A stretch of 32,000 nt of DNA, from contig NZ_CP011391.1 of assembly GCF_001564455.1 (NCBI RefSeq), forward strand, positions 1,530,001-1,562,000, written 5' to 3'. Source of the stretch: Faecalibaculum rodentium. Lineage in GTDB: Bacteria > Bacillota_I > Bacilli_A > Erysipelotrichales > Erysipelotrichaceae. The position numbers and the translations under genes were made by a program. The notes below the pieces were generated by a model. That model was given only the letters and a program-made list of their open reading frames with translations, was not told the origin of the DNA and searched no databases. Below, piece by piece: positions 15,847 through 24,522 of this stretch; position 1 is the first letter of the stretch, and every line of letters starts with the position of its first letter.

Positions 15847-15890
15847 CATCCTTTGGGCCATCAGATTGTCATCCGATGGCCCAAAGGATG
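15847..15890. repeat. perfect 16-bp inverted repeat (hairpin) with a 12-nt loop
   Basis: CATCCTTTGGGCCATC (15847-15862) and GATGGCCCAAAGGATG (15875-15890). No U tract follows on either strand. Confidence 0.85.
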
Positions 15891-15997
15891 ACCGGACTTG
15901 ACAGGGGCAGGAGCAGGAGAGAAATCAGCGTGGCAATCATCGGCATATTCACAGAATCCAGACCGAAAAAGGCGACGGCGTCTGCCAGCGCAAACAT
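15869..15997 (-). CDS. possible 42-aa hydrophobic peptide (below the ORF-track size cut-off)
   Basis: My translation is MFALADAVAFFGLDSVNMPMIATLISLLLLPLSSPVILWAIG. GAGG lies 7 nt before the ATG and third positions are GC-rich like neighbouring genes. The stop codon lies in the loop of the 16-bp inverted repeat. Confidence 0.25.
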   Translation of the reverse strand: MFALADAVAFFGLDSVNMPMIATLISLLLLPLSSPVILWAIG

Positions 15998-16153
15998 TCC
16001 ATCGCCTCATCCACACAGCACACTATCTGATGCGGGCTTCGGTCGAGACAGCGGGTCATACCTGTATAAACACTTTCACCAGAACTGCTCAGTCCTGAAT
16101 TGATAAGGGCGACGGATTTGGCGCACAGATACTCTGTCCGCCAAACCGGTCAC

Positions 16154-17470
16154 CTATATCAGCAGGAACAGCCGGAATTTCTCCATGAGGTGCCAGCCCC
16201 AGGCCAGGTAATACGGCAGCAGATACTTCTCCCTCAGGATCCCGAATTCCTTCGGAAGATGGCCGTTGAATCCCTGGATCGCGGAATGGAAGAACACCAG
16301 CATATCCTGCAGTCCCTTCATCTCCATGGCATGATAGAGCATTGGTGTCCGGGTCTTGTTGGGATCGGAATCAAACGCCGAGAATTTCTCCAGGAGCTCC
16401 CGGATGAAATCATTGAAATGCATCTGCCGGTAGGGGCTGATTCCTGCAATCAGGCCCATGCATTCGAGGATACGGCCGAAGATGAATTCATGCGAGTACT
16501 TGTTTTCCAGTTTCCGCGGAACGTACCCCAGGATGAACTGATAGATTTCTTCCATGACCGGATCCATTTTTTCCAGCATCCAGGACTCGCCTTCCGCCGC
16601 CACAAGTTCCATCGCCGAGGTCTCGAGCCGCTGCATGTGGTTCCAGTCCCCGGGATAGAACGTATACAGATATCCCGGAGCGAGGTCCAGATATTTCAGG
16701 GCATCCAGCTGCCCCAGTGCCACCTGGTTTCTCAGCGTAACTCCATCGAAATCGAGATAGTACGCCAGTTTCCAGATCGGCCGGATCAGCAGGTCACCGG
16801 AATTCAGCACGGGATCAGGCACATCCATATCCTGGACATCCACGACCACGAGCGAGTCTGCTCCGAGTTTCTGCGCCGCCTGCACGGGATTGGTTTCCGC
16901 AAATCCTCCGTCAATGTAATAGTCCCCATTCAGCGTGACGAAATTGAACGCCGGAAAATACGCTGCGCTGGCCAGCAGGACGTCGATGGCATTGTCGGCT
17001 GTCATGTCCAGTTTCGTGAACATCTGCGGCTTCTGTTTCGTGACGTTGTATGTCATGCACGCGAAGTCTTTGGATGATGAAGCAAACGTTTTGTAGTCAA
17101 AGAGCGACTCGAGCTTCTGGCGCAGGGGCTCGACCTGCGGCCCGTTTTTCGAGAACGCCGCAAAGAAGGATCCTGCATCCTGGAACGGTCCCTGTGCACT
17201 GGTGTACTGCGCCGGGAACACAAACAGGTTTCTGGCCACGGAATCCTGGGTGAACCTGCCGATCCAGTCTGTGAGATGATCCACGCTTCCCTGTGTATAG
17301 AGCGCCCCGCAGATCGCTCCAATGGATGTGCCCGTCACCACGTCAAATGTCCGTCCCTGGTCTGTGAGCGTCTGCAGGACCCCGATCTCATAGCTGCCTC
17401 TGGAACCACCGCCTCCAAGCACAATGCCTGTCTTTTCCGCCTTCTGTACTTTCTCTGTTGATTCTGTCAT
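16154..17470 (-). CDS. patatin-like phospholipase with a ~220-aa C-terminal extension
   Basis: Motifs are GGGGSRG (oxyanion), GTSIGA (GxSxG) and IDGG (catalytic Asp). Start taken at ATG 17470 (MTESTEKV), 7 nt after AAGGGGG. Confidence 0.88.
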   Translation of the reverse strand: MTESTEKVQKAEKTGIVLGGGGSRGSYEIGVLQTLTDQGRTFDVVTGTSIGAICGALYTQGSVDHLTDWIGRFTQDSVARNLFVFPAQYTSAQGPFQDAGSFFAAFSKNGPQVEPLRQKLESLFDYKTFASSSKDFACMTYNVTKQKPQMFTKLDMTADNAIDVLLASAAYFPAFNFVTLNGDYYIDGGFAETNPVQAAQKLGADSLVVVDVQDMDVPDPVLNSGDLLIRPIWKLAYYLDFDGVTLRNQVALGQLDALKYLDLAPGYLYTFYPGDWNHMQRLETSAMELVAAEGESWMLEKMDPVMEEIYQFILGYVPRKLENKYSHEFIFGRILECMGLIAGISPYRQMHFNDFIRELLEKFSAFDSDPNKTRTPMLYHAMEMKGLQDMLVFFHSAIQGFNGHLPKEFGILREKYLLPYYLAWGWHLMEKFRLFLLI

Positions 17471-17598
17471 GTCACTGCCCCCTTGTTTCCCCAAGGATAC
17501 AATGACTCCCACCGGATTGCCTGCAGCCTGCCTGTGGAGTTTTTCGTGCTATGCTGACGACACAATCACACGGTGACTGTATGACTGGAGGAATGACT

Positions 17599-18102
17599 AT
17601 GAGACTCTTCATCGCCATACATCCGGACCCTGACTGGATCCGGCATCTGACGGGCTGCCAGCACCAGCTTGTGCAGGCCGGTCTGCAGGGACGGCTTGTT
17701 CCCAGGGAAAACCTGCATATGACGCTCGCATTCGCTGGCAACTGCACACAGGATCAGAAAGACACCATCCTGCACCTCCTGCAGACTCTTTCCTTTCCTG
17801 CCACCGATGCACGCTGCCTCGGTTATCACCGGTTTGGCAATACCCGGGTCCTTGCCTTTCAGGCCGATCCGGCCATGACATCCTTTGTACAGGAACTCCG
17901 CGAGCGTCTTCGGGACGCCGGGATACCTCAGGATGACAAGCCCTGGAAGCCGCACATCACCCTTGCCCGCGGCTGTGCCCCTTTGCAGCATCCCTTTCCT
18001 GCTCCCGAGTGTCCATCTCTGATGCCCCTGTCTTCCCCCGTGCTGTACGAATCCATACAGACACGGCAGGGTGTGACATACCGCCCCCTTGGCAGGGACT
18101 GA
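17599..18102 (+). CDS. thpR: RNA 2',3'-cyclic phosphodiesterase (2H phosphoesterase, LigT/ThpR family)
   Basis: Two HxT motifs (LHMTLAF and PHITLAR) sit at the expected spacing. Start taken at ATG 17599 (MRLFIAI), 6 nt after GGAGGA. Confidence 0.85.
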   Translation: MRLFIAIHPDPDWIRHLTGCQHQLVQAGLQGRLVPRENLHMTLAFAGNCTQDQKDTILHLLQTLSFPATDARCLGYHRFGNTRVLAFQADPAMTSFVQELRERLRDAGIPQDDKPWKPHITLARGCAPLQHPFPAPECPSLMPLSSPVLYESIQTRQGVTYRPLGRD

Positions 18103-18183
18103 GGCCAGGCCTCATCTCTGTCTGCACGTACGAACCGGGCAGAATTTCGTTCCCTGTCCGCCTGTATCGACATACCACCAAAA

Positions 18184-18221
18184 AGGCACCTGCCCATATC
18201 CCTTGCGGATGGCAGGTGCCT
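18184..18221. terminator. bidirectional terminator between thpR and yloV
   Basis: AGGCACCTGCC pairs with GGCAGGTGCCT (perfect 11-bp stem). CCAAAAA lies upstream and TTGTGTCTTTCT downstream. Confidence 0.7.
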
Positions 18222-18354
18222 TTGTGTCTTTCTGATTCAGCTGCCGGCAGAAGGACAGAACGTTCCCTCAGCCAGGTCACCGGATTCGATACTCGCCGGC
18301 ACAACCCGGAAAACGCCGCCCCAGGGGCCTGTTGCCAAAGTGGCGGAGAGTATC

Positions 18355-19983
18355 CTATTCTACGCCAATGATGAAGGAGTAGACCGGCTGTTTGCCGTTG
18401 ACGATTTCGACCTCCGCATCGCTCTTGTCCGCGATGTAGGCCTCCAGCTGCTCTGCCTGTTCCTTCATGGCATCCTCGCCGTAGATCAGCGTCACGACTT
18501 CACTGTCTTCATCCAGCATGGAATCCAGCAGGTTTCTGGCTGCATTCATCATGTCGGGGACACAGGTGACGATCTTCTTGCCGGCAATGCCCATGAATTC
18601 ACCCGCACGGACATCCAGTCCGTCAATGGTGGTGTCGCGCACAGCGTATGTCACTTCACCGCTCTTCGTGTTTTCGATGGCTTCGTTCATTTCGCTCAGG
18701 TTGGTTTCCAGGTCTGCATCCGGGTTGAACATGATGCAGGCTGACAGTCCCTGGGGAATGGTCTTGGTCGGCAGGACCTGAATGTCCTGATCCTCCAGCA
18801 CATCCGCCGCCTGCTGAGCTGCAAGAATGATGTTGGAGTTGTTGGGCAGGATCAGGATGTGGTCGCAGTTGAGTTTGCGGATGGCCGATACGAAATCCTC
18901 CGTGGAGGGGTTCATTGTCTGTCCGCCACCGATCACGGCATCTGCCCGAAGGTCCAGGAACATGTCCCGGATGCCGTCTCCGGCTGCCACGGTGATCAGT
19001 CCGTATTTCTTGTGCTCCGCCTTGCGTGTGATGGTTTCATCCTTTTCCAGGATCTCCTCATGCTGCTCGGTCATGTTTTCAATCTTCAGCTTCAAAAAGC
19101 TGCCCTGGCGCTTTGCCATGCGGATTGCCGTGGCAGGCTCCAGTGTGTGGACGTGTACCTTCACCAGGTCTTCATCCTGCACGCAGACAATGGAATTGCC
19201 AATGGTGGCCAGTTCATCCCGGAATGAAATCTCCGAGAAATGGCGCATGCCCTGGTCCGAGAGATGCAGGATGAATTCCGTGCAGAACCCGAATTCCTCT
19301 TCTCCGCCTTCCACTTTGGTCTGTGCGCTCTCGCCGGCAGACTCCACGGTTTCCTTTTCCACCGGCTGACCCTGCATGGCTTTCAGGAAGCCCTCCAGGA
19401 TCACCAGCAGGCCATAGCCGCCGGAGTCCACCACACCGACTTCCGCCAGGACCGGCAGCAGCTGCGGGGTGGTGTCCAGGGATTCCTTCGCTTCCTGGAC
19501 CATCCGGGCCATGACTTTCTCGCAGTCCGTGATGTCTTCCGTCATGGTATAGGCATAGGTGTAGTCCGCAGCCTCCCGGATGACGGTCAGGATCGTGCCT
19601 TCCACCGGCCGCATGACGGCTTTGTAGGCCACACGGCTGCCGTTGACCAGCGCATGTGCCAGCTGCACAGCATCCACTTCATTCAGGCCTTTGACCGCCT
19701 GGTAGAAACCGCGGAAAATCTGGCTGGTAATGACACCGGAGTTGCCCCTGGCGCCCATAAGAAGGCCCCGGGACAGGACCTTGGCGATTTCACCCACATT
19801 GTCCGAAGGACACGCCAGTGCTTCCTTCACGCCGTTGGAAACTGTCAGGTACATGTTCGTGCCCGTATCCCCGTCAGGGACCGGGAACACGTTCAGTGCA
19901 TCCACTTTCTGCTGCTGATTGCCCAGGTTGTTCATCCCGGACCGCAGCATTTCCTTGAAAAGCTGTCCGTTGATTCTATCCAT
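18355..19983 (-). CDS. yloV: DAK2 domain fusion protein YloV
   Basis: The N-terminal Dak2 motif is VFPVPDGDTGTNM. The 542-aa length with a DegV-like C-terminal half is typical of YloV. It lies directly downstream of asp23, as in other Bacillota. Confidence 0.9.
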   Translation of the reverse strand: MDRINGQLFKEMLRSGMNNLGNQQQKVDALNVFPVPDGDTGTNMYLTVSNGVKEALACPSDNVGEIAKVLSRGLLMGARGNSGVITSQIFRGFYQAVKGLNEVDAVQLAHALVNGSRVAYKAVMRPVEGTILTVIREAADYTYAYTMTEDITDCEKVMARMVQEAKESLDTTPQLLPVLAEVGVVDSGGYGLLVILEGFLKAMQGQPVEKETVESAGESAQTKVEGGEEEFGFCTEFILHLSDQGMRHFSEISFRDELATIGNSIVCVQDEDLVKVHVHTLEPATAIRMAKRQGSFLKLKIENMTEQHEEILEKDETITRKAEHKKYGLITVAAGDGIRDMFLDLRADAVIGGGQTMNPSTEDFVSAIRKLNCDHILILPNNSNIILAAQQAADVLEDQDIQVLPTKTIPQGLSACIMFNPDADLETNLSEMNEAIENTKSGEVTYAVRDTTIDGLDVRAGEFMGIAGKKIVTCVPDMMNAARNLLDSMLDEDSEVVTLIYGEDAMKEQAEQLEAYIADKSDAEVEIVNGKQPVYSFIIGVE

Positions 19984-19988
19984 TCAAC

Positions 19989-20348
19989 TTACCTCGAAAC
20001 CCGTACGCCCTGTACCCAGACGTTCACTTCCTGTACTTTGACTTCCAGTGTCTTTTCCAGCACATATTTGACACGCTGCTGGGCTTCATGGATGACTTCT
20101 CCCAGCTTGATGCCCTGCATCGCAATGATATACAGATCCAGGATCAGACCGCCGTCGTTCTGGCGGACGATCACACCCTTTGCATAGTTTTCCCGTTTAA
20201 GCAGTTCGGCAAGGCCGTCCTTGAATGTCTTCTGACTGGCCATTCCGACGATCCCGTAGGATTCCGTGATGGTGCCGCCAGCCAGCGCTGCGATGGCATC
20301 CAGCGAAATCTGGATCGTGCCGAATTCTGTCGATTTGTTGATAGGCAT
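19989..20348 (-). CDS. asp23: Asp23/Gls24-family envelope stress protein
   Basis: 119 aa: GTIQISLDAIAALAGGTITESYGIVGM...VNVWVQGVRV. AGGAGGG precedes the ATG. Confidence 0.9.
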   Translation of the reverse strand: MPINKSTEFGTIQISLDAIAALAGGTITESYGIVGMASQKTFKDGLAELLKRENYAKGVIVRQNDGGLILDLYIIAMQGIKLGEVIHEAQQRVKYVLEKTLEVKVQEVNVWVQGVRVSR

Positions 20349-20416
20349 AATACCCTCCTGTTCAATTCCCGGCCTTGCAGCCTGTCATCTACTGAATTAT
20401 AGGTCTTTGAAAAGTC

Positions 20417-21514
20417 TTATTCAACGACCGTGAAATCCTGCGCGGCTTCATCCCATTTCAGGAAAAGCCCCTGGTGCGGATCATAGTACAGATCCGAAGA
20501 CGGTGAATACTGGTAGTCAAAGATGTCCGTGGCCTGCCAGTCGTCATAGGCCTCGTAGCCGGGCACCTGGGTTTCCGGCTGCTGCGCATCCTGTCCGGTA
20601 GCAGGCTCTTCCTGCTGTCCATCATCGGCAGAGGCATCCGTTTTCTCACTGTCGGTCTCTTTGTCTTTGTCCTGGTCCTTTGCACTGTCTTTTCCGGTGG
20701 CTGCCTGCTGTTCCTTTTCCGCTGCCTTGCGCTCCAGTTCCTCCTGAAGCTGTGCCCGATACGCCTCCCGCTCTTCCTGGGACATGTTGAGGTAGTCGCA
20801 GGCCACTTTGTTGATGGCGGAATTTTCACGGTCCAGCAGCAGGCACACACTCTGGCCCCTGAGCTGCTGCAGCATGTCCTCGTAATGCGTCATCATGGCC
20901 AGATCATCCATGCTGGAGAAGACCACATTGCCATCCTGCATGGTGATGCGCAGCATATTGTCATCATAACTCGCCTTGTAGGGGACGATTTCCGCGATCT
21001 GCGCCGTGACATCCCGGGTCAGCCAGTCGCTGTTGTCCCGAAATTCTCTGGCGATCTGCTCCAGCTGTTCGTCGGTGAAGTCCGACAGCAGCGGAAAATG
21101 CAGGATGCTTCGCAGATAGGAAGGGTCGATGGGCACCGATTCGCCGTCGTTTGTCAGCATGTAATCCTGTCCGTCCCGGACGTAGTAGCCGATCACGTTC
21201 TTTTCGCGGATCTCGAAACTCATCCGGTTGCCGCTTCTGGTCACATTCGCTGTCTCGATCAGGGGATTGGACCGGATCTTTCCTTCGATCCAGAACCCCG
21301 GTGTCAGCCAGATCCGCGTAGAGGTGCTGACACCGGCCATCTGATAGATCTGGGTGTCGGTGAAGAGATAGTTCCCTTCGCAGGCCAGCACCTGCACACG
21401 GGAATCCGGGGACAGATAATAGACCCCCAGGGCCGCCAGCAGCATGATCAGTCCGCTGAGCAGGTACAGCCGGCGCACAGGCCAGGTCTTGAGAAGCCGC
21501 TTCAGGCGGTCCAT
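20417..21514 (-). CDS. ftsQ: cell division protein FtsQ/DivIB with a long acidic C-terminal extension
   Basis: It has an N-terminal TM (LYLLSGLIMLLAALGVYYL) and a POTRA-like segment (VQVLACEGNYLFTDTQIYQMAGV). It follows murB, and its start overlaps the murB stop by 13 nt. Confidence 0.85.
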   Translation of the reverse strand: MDRLKRLLKTWPVRRLYLLSGLIMLLAALGVYYLSPDSRVQVLACEGNYLFTDTQIYQMAGVSTSTRIWLTPGFWIEGKIRSNPLIETANVTRSGNRMSFEIREKNVIGYYVRDGQDYMLTNDGESVPIDPSYLRSILHFPLLSDFTDEQLEQIAREFRDNSDWLTRDVTAQIAEIVPYKASYDDNMLRITMQDGNVVFSSMDDLAMMTHYEDMLQQLRGQSVCLLLDRENSAINKVACDYLNMSQEEREAYRAQLQEELERKAAEKEQQAATGKDSAKDQDKDKETDSEKTDASADDGQQEEPATGQDAQQPETQVPGYEAYDDWQATDIFDYQYSPSSDLYYDPHQGLFLKWDEAAQDFTVVE

Positions 21515-22404
21515 TCCGGGATCTCCACTTCCGGGATCATGTCCACGTCAAACACACGCCTGGCTTCTGTTTTCACCAGGTCAATGAGGGCCATGACATC
21601 CCGGCAGGTGGCACCTCCGGCGTTGACAATGAAATTGCTGTGTTTGTCGGAAATCCTGGCCCCGCCAATCTGGCGCCCGCGCAGTCCCAGACGGTCAATG
21701 ATTTCCCAGGCAGGCATATCCCCCGGGTTGCGGAATGTGCTGCCGGCACAGGGCTTGTCCAGCGGCTGGGTATCCATGCGGCGCTGCTGGCGGCTTGCCA
21801 TCAGCTGACGGATGTGGTTCTGGTCGCTTTTTTCCAGCTGGAACTTGGCGGCCAGGATGGTCCAGTCCCGGTGTTCCTGGAAGGCGGAATGCCGGTAGCT
21901 GTAATCCAGATCCTCCCGGCTGACCCACTCCACTTTCCGGTCCCGCAGGATCAGGACCTCCAGGAGAATGGAGGACAGGTCGCTGCGATAGGCACCGGCA
22001 TTCATGTACAGTCCCCCGCCCAGGCTCCCCGGAATGCCGCTGGCAAACTCCAGGCCGCTCATGGAATGCTTCATGGCTTCCACCGCCAGGGCCGGGAGTG
22101 CACAGCCGGCCTGGGCATACAGGATGCCGTCCGGTTCAAAATAACAGTCGTTGAATGTGTAGTCCAGGTTGATCACCGCCCCGGGCCACGCACCATCCGG
22201 CACCAGCAGGTTGCTGCCGCGCCCCAGCACGATCCAGGGAATGTTTTCGGCATCCAGCAGCTGCATGATCCGCATGAGCGCTGTCACGCTCCGGGGCTGG
22301 ATGAACCAGCGGGCGGTTCCGCCGATCTTGTAGGTGGTGTGTGCAGACATTGGCTCGTGTTCCTGCACATCCCCATAGAGCTTCAGCAGGTCTGTCAGGT
22401 TCAT
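21502..22404 (-). CDS. murB: UDP-N-acetylenolpyruvoylglucosamine reductase
   Basis: Motifs are HTTYKIGGTA, LGRGSNLLV, GIPGSLGGGLYMNAGAY, AGSTFRNP and GGARISDKHSNFIVN. Start taken at ATG 22404 (GGAGG 6 nt upstream), forming an ATGA overlap with the murG stop. Confidence 0.93.
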   Translation of the reverse strand: MNLTDLLKLYGDVQEHEPMSAHTTYKIGGTARWFIQPRSVTALMRIMQLLDAENIPWIVLGRGSNLLVPDGAWPGAVINLDYTFNDCYFEPDGILYAQAGCALPALAVEAMKHSMSGLEFASGIPGSLGGGLYMNAGAYRSDLSSILLEVLILRDRKVEWVSREDLDYSYRHSAFQEHRDWTILAAKFQLEKSDQNHIRQLMASRQQRRMDTQPLDKPCAGSTFRNPGDMPAWEIIDRLGLRGRQIGGARISDKHSNFIVNAGGATCRDVMALIDLVKTEARRVFDVDMIPEVEIPEWTA

Positions 22405-23492
22405 CGGCTGCCTCCGCACAGGATGCGCATATCCTGCAGCATATCGGCGGCTGCCTGGGGCTTTCCCAGCCGGGCAGCGTTCGTTGCGGCACTTTCCAGG
22501 ATCATGGGGGAACCGAAGAACCCGCGGATCGTGTCCCGCAGCACTTCGGGGTTTTCCAGCAGGGTCTTTTCCTCCACCAGCTGTGCCGCCCCGGCGTCCT
22601 TCAGTACAGAGGCATTATAGAACTGATGATTGCCTGCCACATAGGGGCTTGGGACAAGAATGGCCGGAATGCCTCTTGCGGTAAGTTCGGCAATGGTGGT
22701 GGCTCCCGCCCGGCAGATCATGCCGGAGATGAAGGGATAGATGGCCAGTGTGTCCACATAGGGCACGACCTTCACATCCGGACGGCCTTCAAATGCCCTG
22801 CCGGCGTCTTCATTTCCCCTGCCGGTGACGAACAGAAACTGCAGGCCTTCCACCGGACGGTCCAGCACCTGCTGCATGATGTCGTTCATGGTCGTGGACC
22901 CCAGGGAGCCCATCATCACGAGGATGGTTTTTTTCGACGGATCCAGGCCCAGACTCTCCAGGACCTGCCGGTCGCCTACGGCACTGGCAGCCACGGATCC
23001 CCGCGGATTGCCGAGAAGCTTCACTTTTCTGGCCGGAAACTGTTCTCCCGCTTTTTCATAACACGTGACGATTTCATCCGCGCAGCCGGCGGTGACTTTG
23101 TTCGCCTTGCCGGCGATGGAGTTCTGTTCGTGCATCATGACGGGAATGTGTCTGGCATGGGCTGCCCTGAGGACAGGCGCAGAGACATAGCCGCCAAAGC
23201 CCACAACGATGTCAGGCCGGAATTCATCCAGGATGGCACCGGCTTTGGGAATGGCGCGCATGAGGGAAATCGCGGCTTTCACTTTGTCCAGGAGGCTGCC
23301 CTCCAGGCCGTGGGTGTCCAGGGCCGCAAAGTCGAATCCGGCCTCCGGCACGATCCGGGCTTCCATGCGGTCGGCGTTGCCGATGAACAGAATCCGGGTA
23401 TCGGGATCCTGTTCCATGGCGCTTTGTGCCAAGGCCAGGGCGGGATATATGTGACCGCCGGTTCCGCCGGCGGCAATGCAGATTCGTTTCAT
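22401..23492 (-). CDS. murG: undecaprenyldiphospho-muramoylpentapeptide beta-N-acetylglucosaminyltransferase
   Basis: Motifs are AAGGTGGHIYPALALA, GFGGYVS, HEQNSIAGKANK and RAGATTIAELTARGIPAILVP. Confidence 0.93.
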   Translation of the reverse strand: MKRICIAAGGTGGHIYPALALAQSAMEQDPDTRILFIGNADRMEARIVPEAGFDFAALDTHGLEGSLLDKVKAAISLMRAIPKAGAILDEFRPDIVVGFGGYVSAPVLRAAHARHIPVMMHEQNSIAGKANKVTAGCADEIVTCYEKAGEQFPARKVKLLGNPRGSVAASAVGDRQVLESLGLDPSKKTILVMMGSLGSTTMNDIMQQVLDRPVEGLQFLFVTGRGNEDAGRAFEGRPDVKVVPYVDTLAIYPFISGMICRAGATTIAELTARGIPAILVPSPYVAGNHQFYNASVLKDAGAAQLVEEKTLLENPEVLRDTIRGFFGSPMILESAATNAARLGKPQAAADMLQDMRILCGGSR

Positions 23493-23570
23493 GAAACTGT
23501 GGTCCCCTTTATTTGTGTCGTATCTGATGGTTGATGGTGTCCGGCTGATTGCCGGACAGCCGGGAAACTG

Positions 23571-24329
23571 TCAGTCTGCCAGTTCCACCGGCTCGCTCCA
23601 GGGTTCCAGGACCGCGGTCAGCGCCAGCCGGTTTTCGCTGTCAAACCCGTAATCCAGGTCACAGGTGGAGAGCGTGATCATGGGCCGTCCGGCCGGATCG
23701 ACATCCCGGCTGTATGTGGCCTCGGTGAGCATCCGCGCTTCGATTTCCGGACGGTAGTCCCCGAAATCGGACTGGTAAAACGATGTGCCTTCGGTGGTTT
23801 TCGCAAAGGTCCGGATATCCGCCCGGTAGTTTCCCTGTGGTGTCAGCAGGAAAAAGTATGGATTGGCGTCGAAGAAATCCTTGTTTTCATATTTCTCGAG
23901 ATCGGTGAACATGCCGCCGACATCCACGGAGTGTCCATAGACAATGGAGTTGTTGCCGCTGAAATCGGACGGTGTACCGGAGTCCAGGAAAATCGCCCCT
24001 CTGTAGTTCTCTGCGCCGGCATAGGTATGGTTCAGGTAATAGCTGTTGTCGCTTCCCTGTACCACGGGATAGGAAAACCCGAGCTGTGGGACATAGAGCC
24101 AGGCGATGATGTCCGGGTTTTCGGCTTTCAGTGCAGCCCAGTCCGGTTCCAGGTATTTCTGGCCCCCGGTTTCTTCCTGCTTCACGGCGTGTTCCTGCAG
24201 GGATTCGGTTTCCTGTTCCACCTGCCGCGATCCGCTGTATATATCGTAGAGCCGGTATGCACAATAGGCGAAGACGCACAGGCATGCCAGCATGAGTATT
24301 CTGTAGATCCATTTCTTCATGTCTTTCAT
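23571..24329 (-). CDS. srtB: class B sortase
   Basis: It has an N-terminal TM, IIAWLYVP...YPVVQGSDNSYYLNH, GAIFLD, IVYGHS and a TLSTC active-site motif. Start taken at ATG 24329 (MKDMKKW); the longer track ORF has an implausible N-terminus. Confidence 0.85.
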   Translation of the reverse strand: MKDMKKWIYRILMLACLCVFAYCAYRLYDIYSGSRQVEQETESLQEHAVKQEETGGQKYLEPDWAALKAENPDIIAWLYVPQLGFSYPVVQGSDNSYYLNHTYAGAENYRGAIFLDSGTPSDFSGNNSIVYGHSVDVGGMFTDLEKYENKDFFDANPYFFLLTPQGNYRADIRTFAKTTEGTSFYQSDFGDYRPEIEARMLTEATYSRDVDPAGRPMITLSTCDLDYGFDSENRLALTAVLEPWSEPVELAD

Positions 24330-24424
24330 GATAAGCAATCCGGGGCGAAAAAAAAAGGCCGCCGAATTGCGGGGACAGGAGGTCCGGCCAGTCTGCCGGC
24401 CTCGCAAGGTGACAGAAAAGTGAA

Positions 24425-24453
24425 TTCACATTTTTGTCACATCGTTGCATAAT
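24425..24453 (+). promoter_or_regulatory. candidate promoter of the Ltp-repeat gene (TTCACA-17-CATAAT)
   Basis: TTCACA (24425-24430), 17-nt spacer, CATAAT (24448-24453), about 70 nt upstream of ATG 24523. Confidence 0.4.
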
Positions 24454-24522
24454 GGACAGGTCCGGAGAATGAAAGCGCTTCCGGATATATGAAAACAGAA
24501 CGGCAGAAGGGAGCAATTGGAA

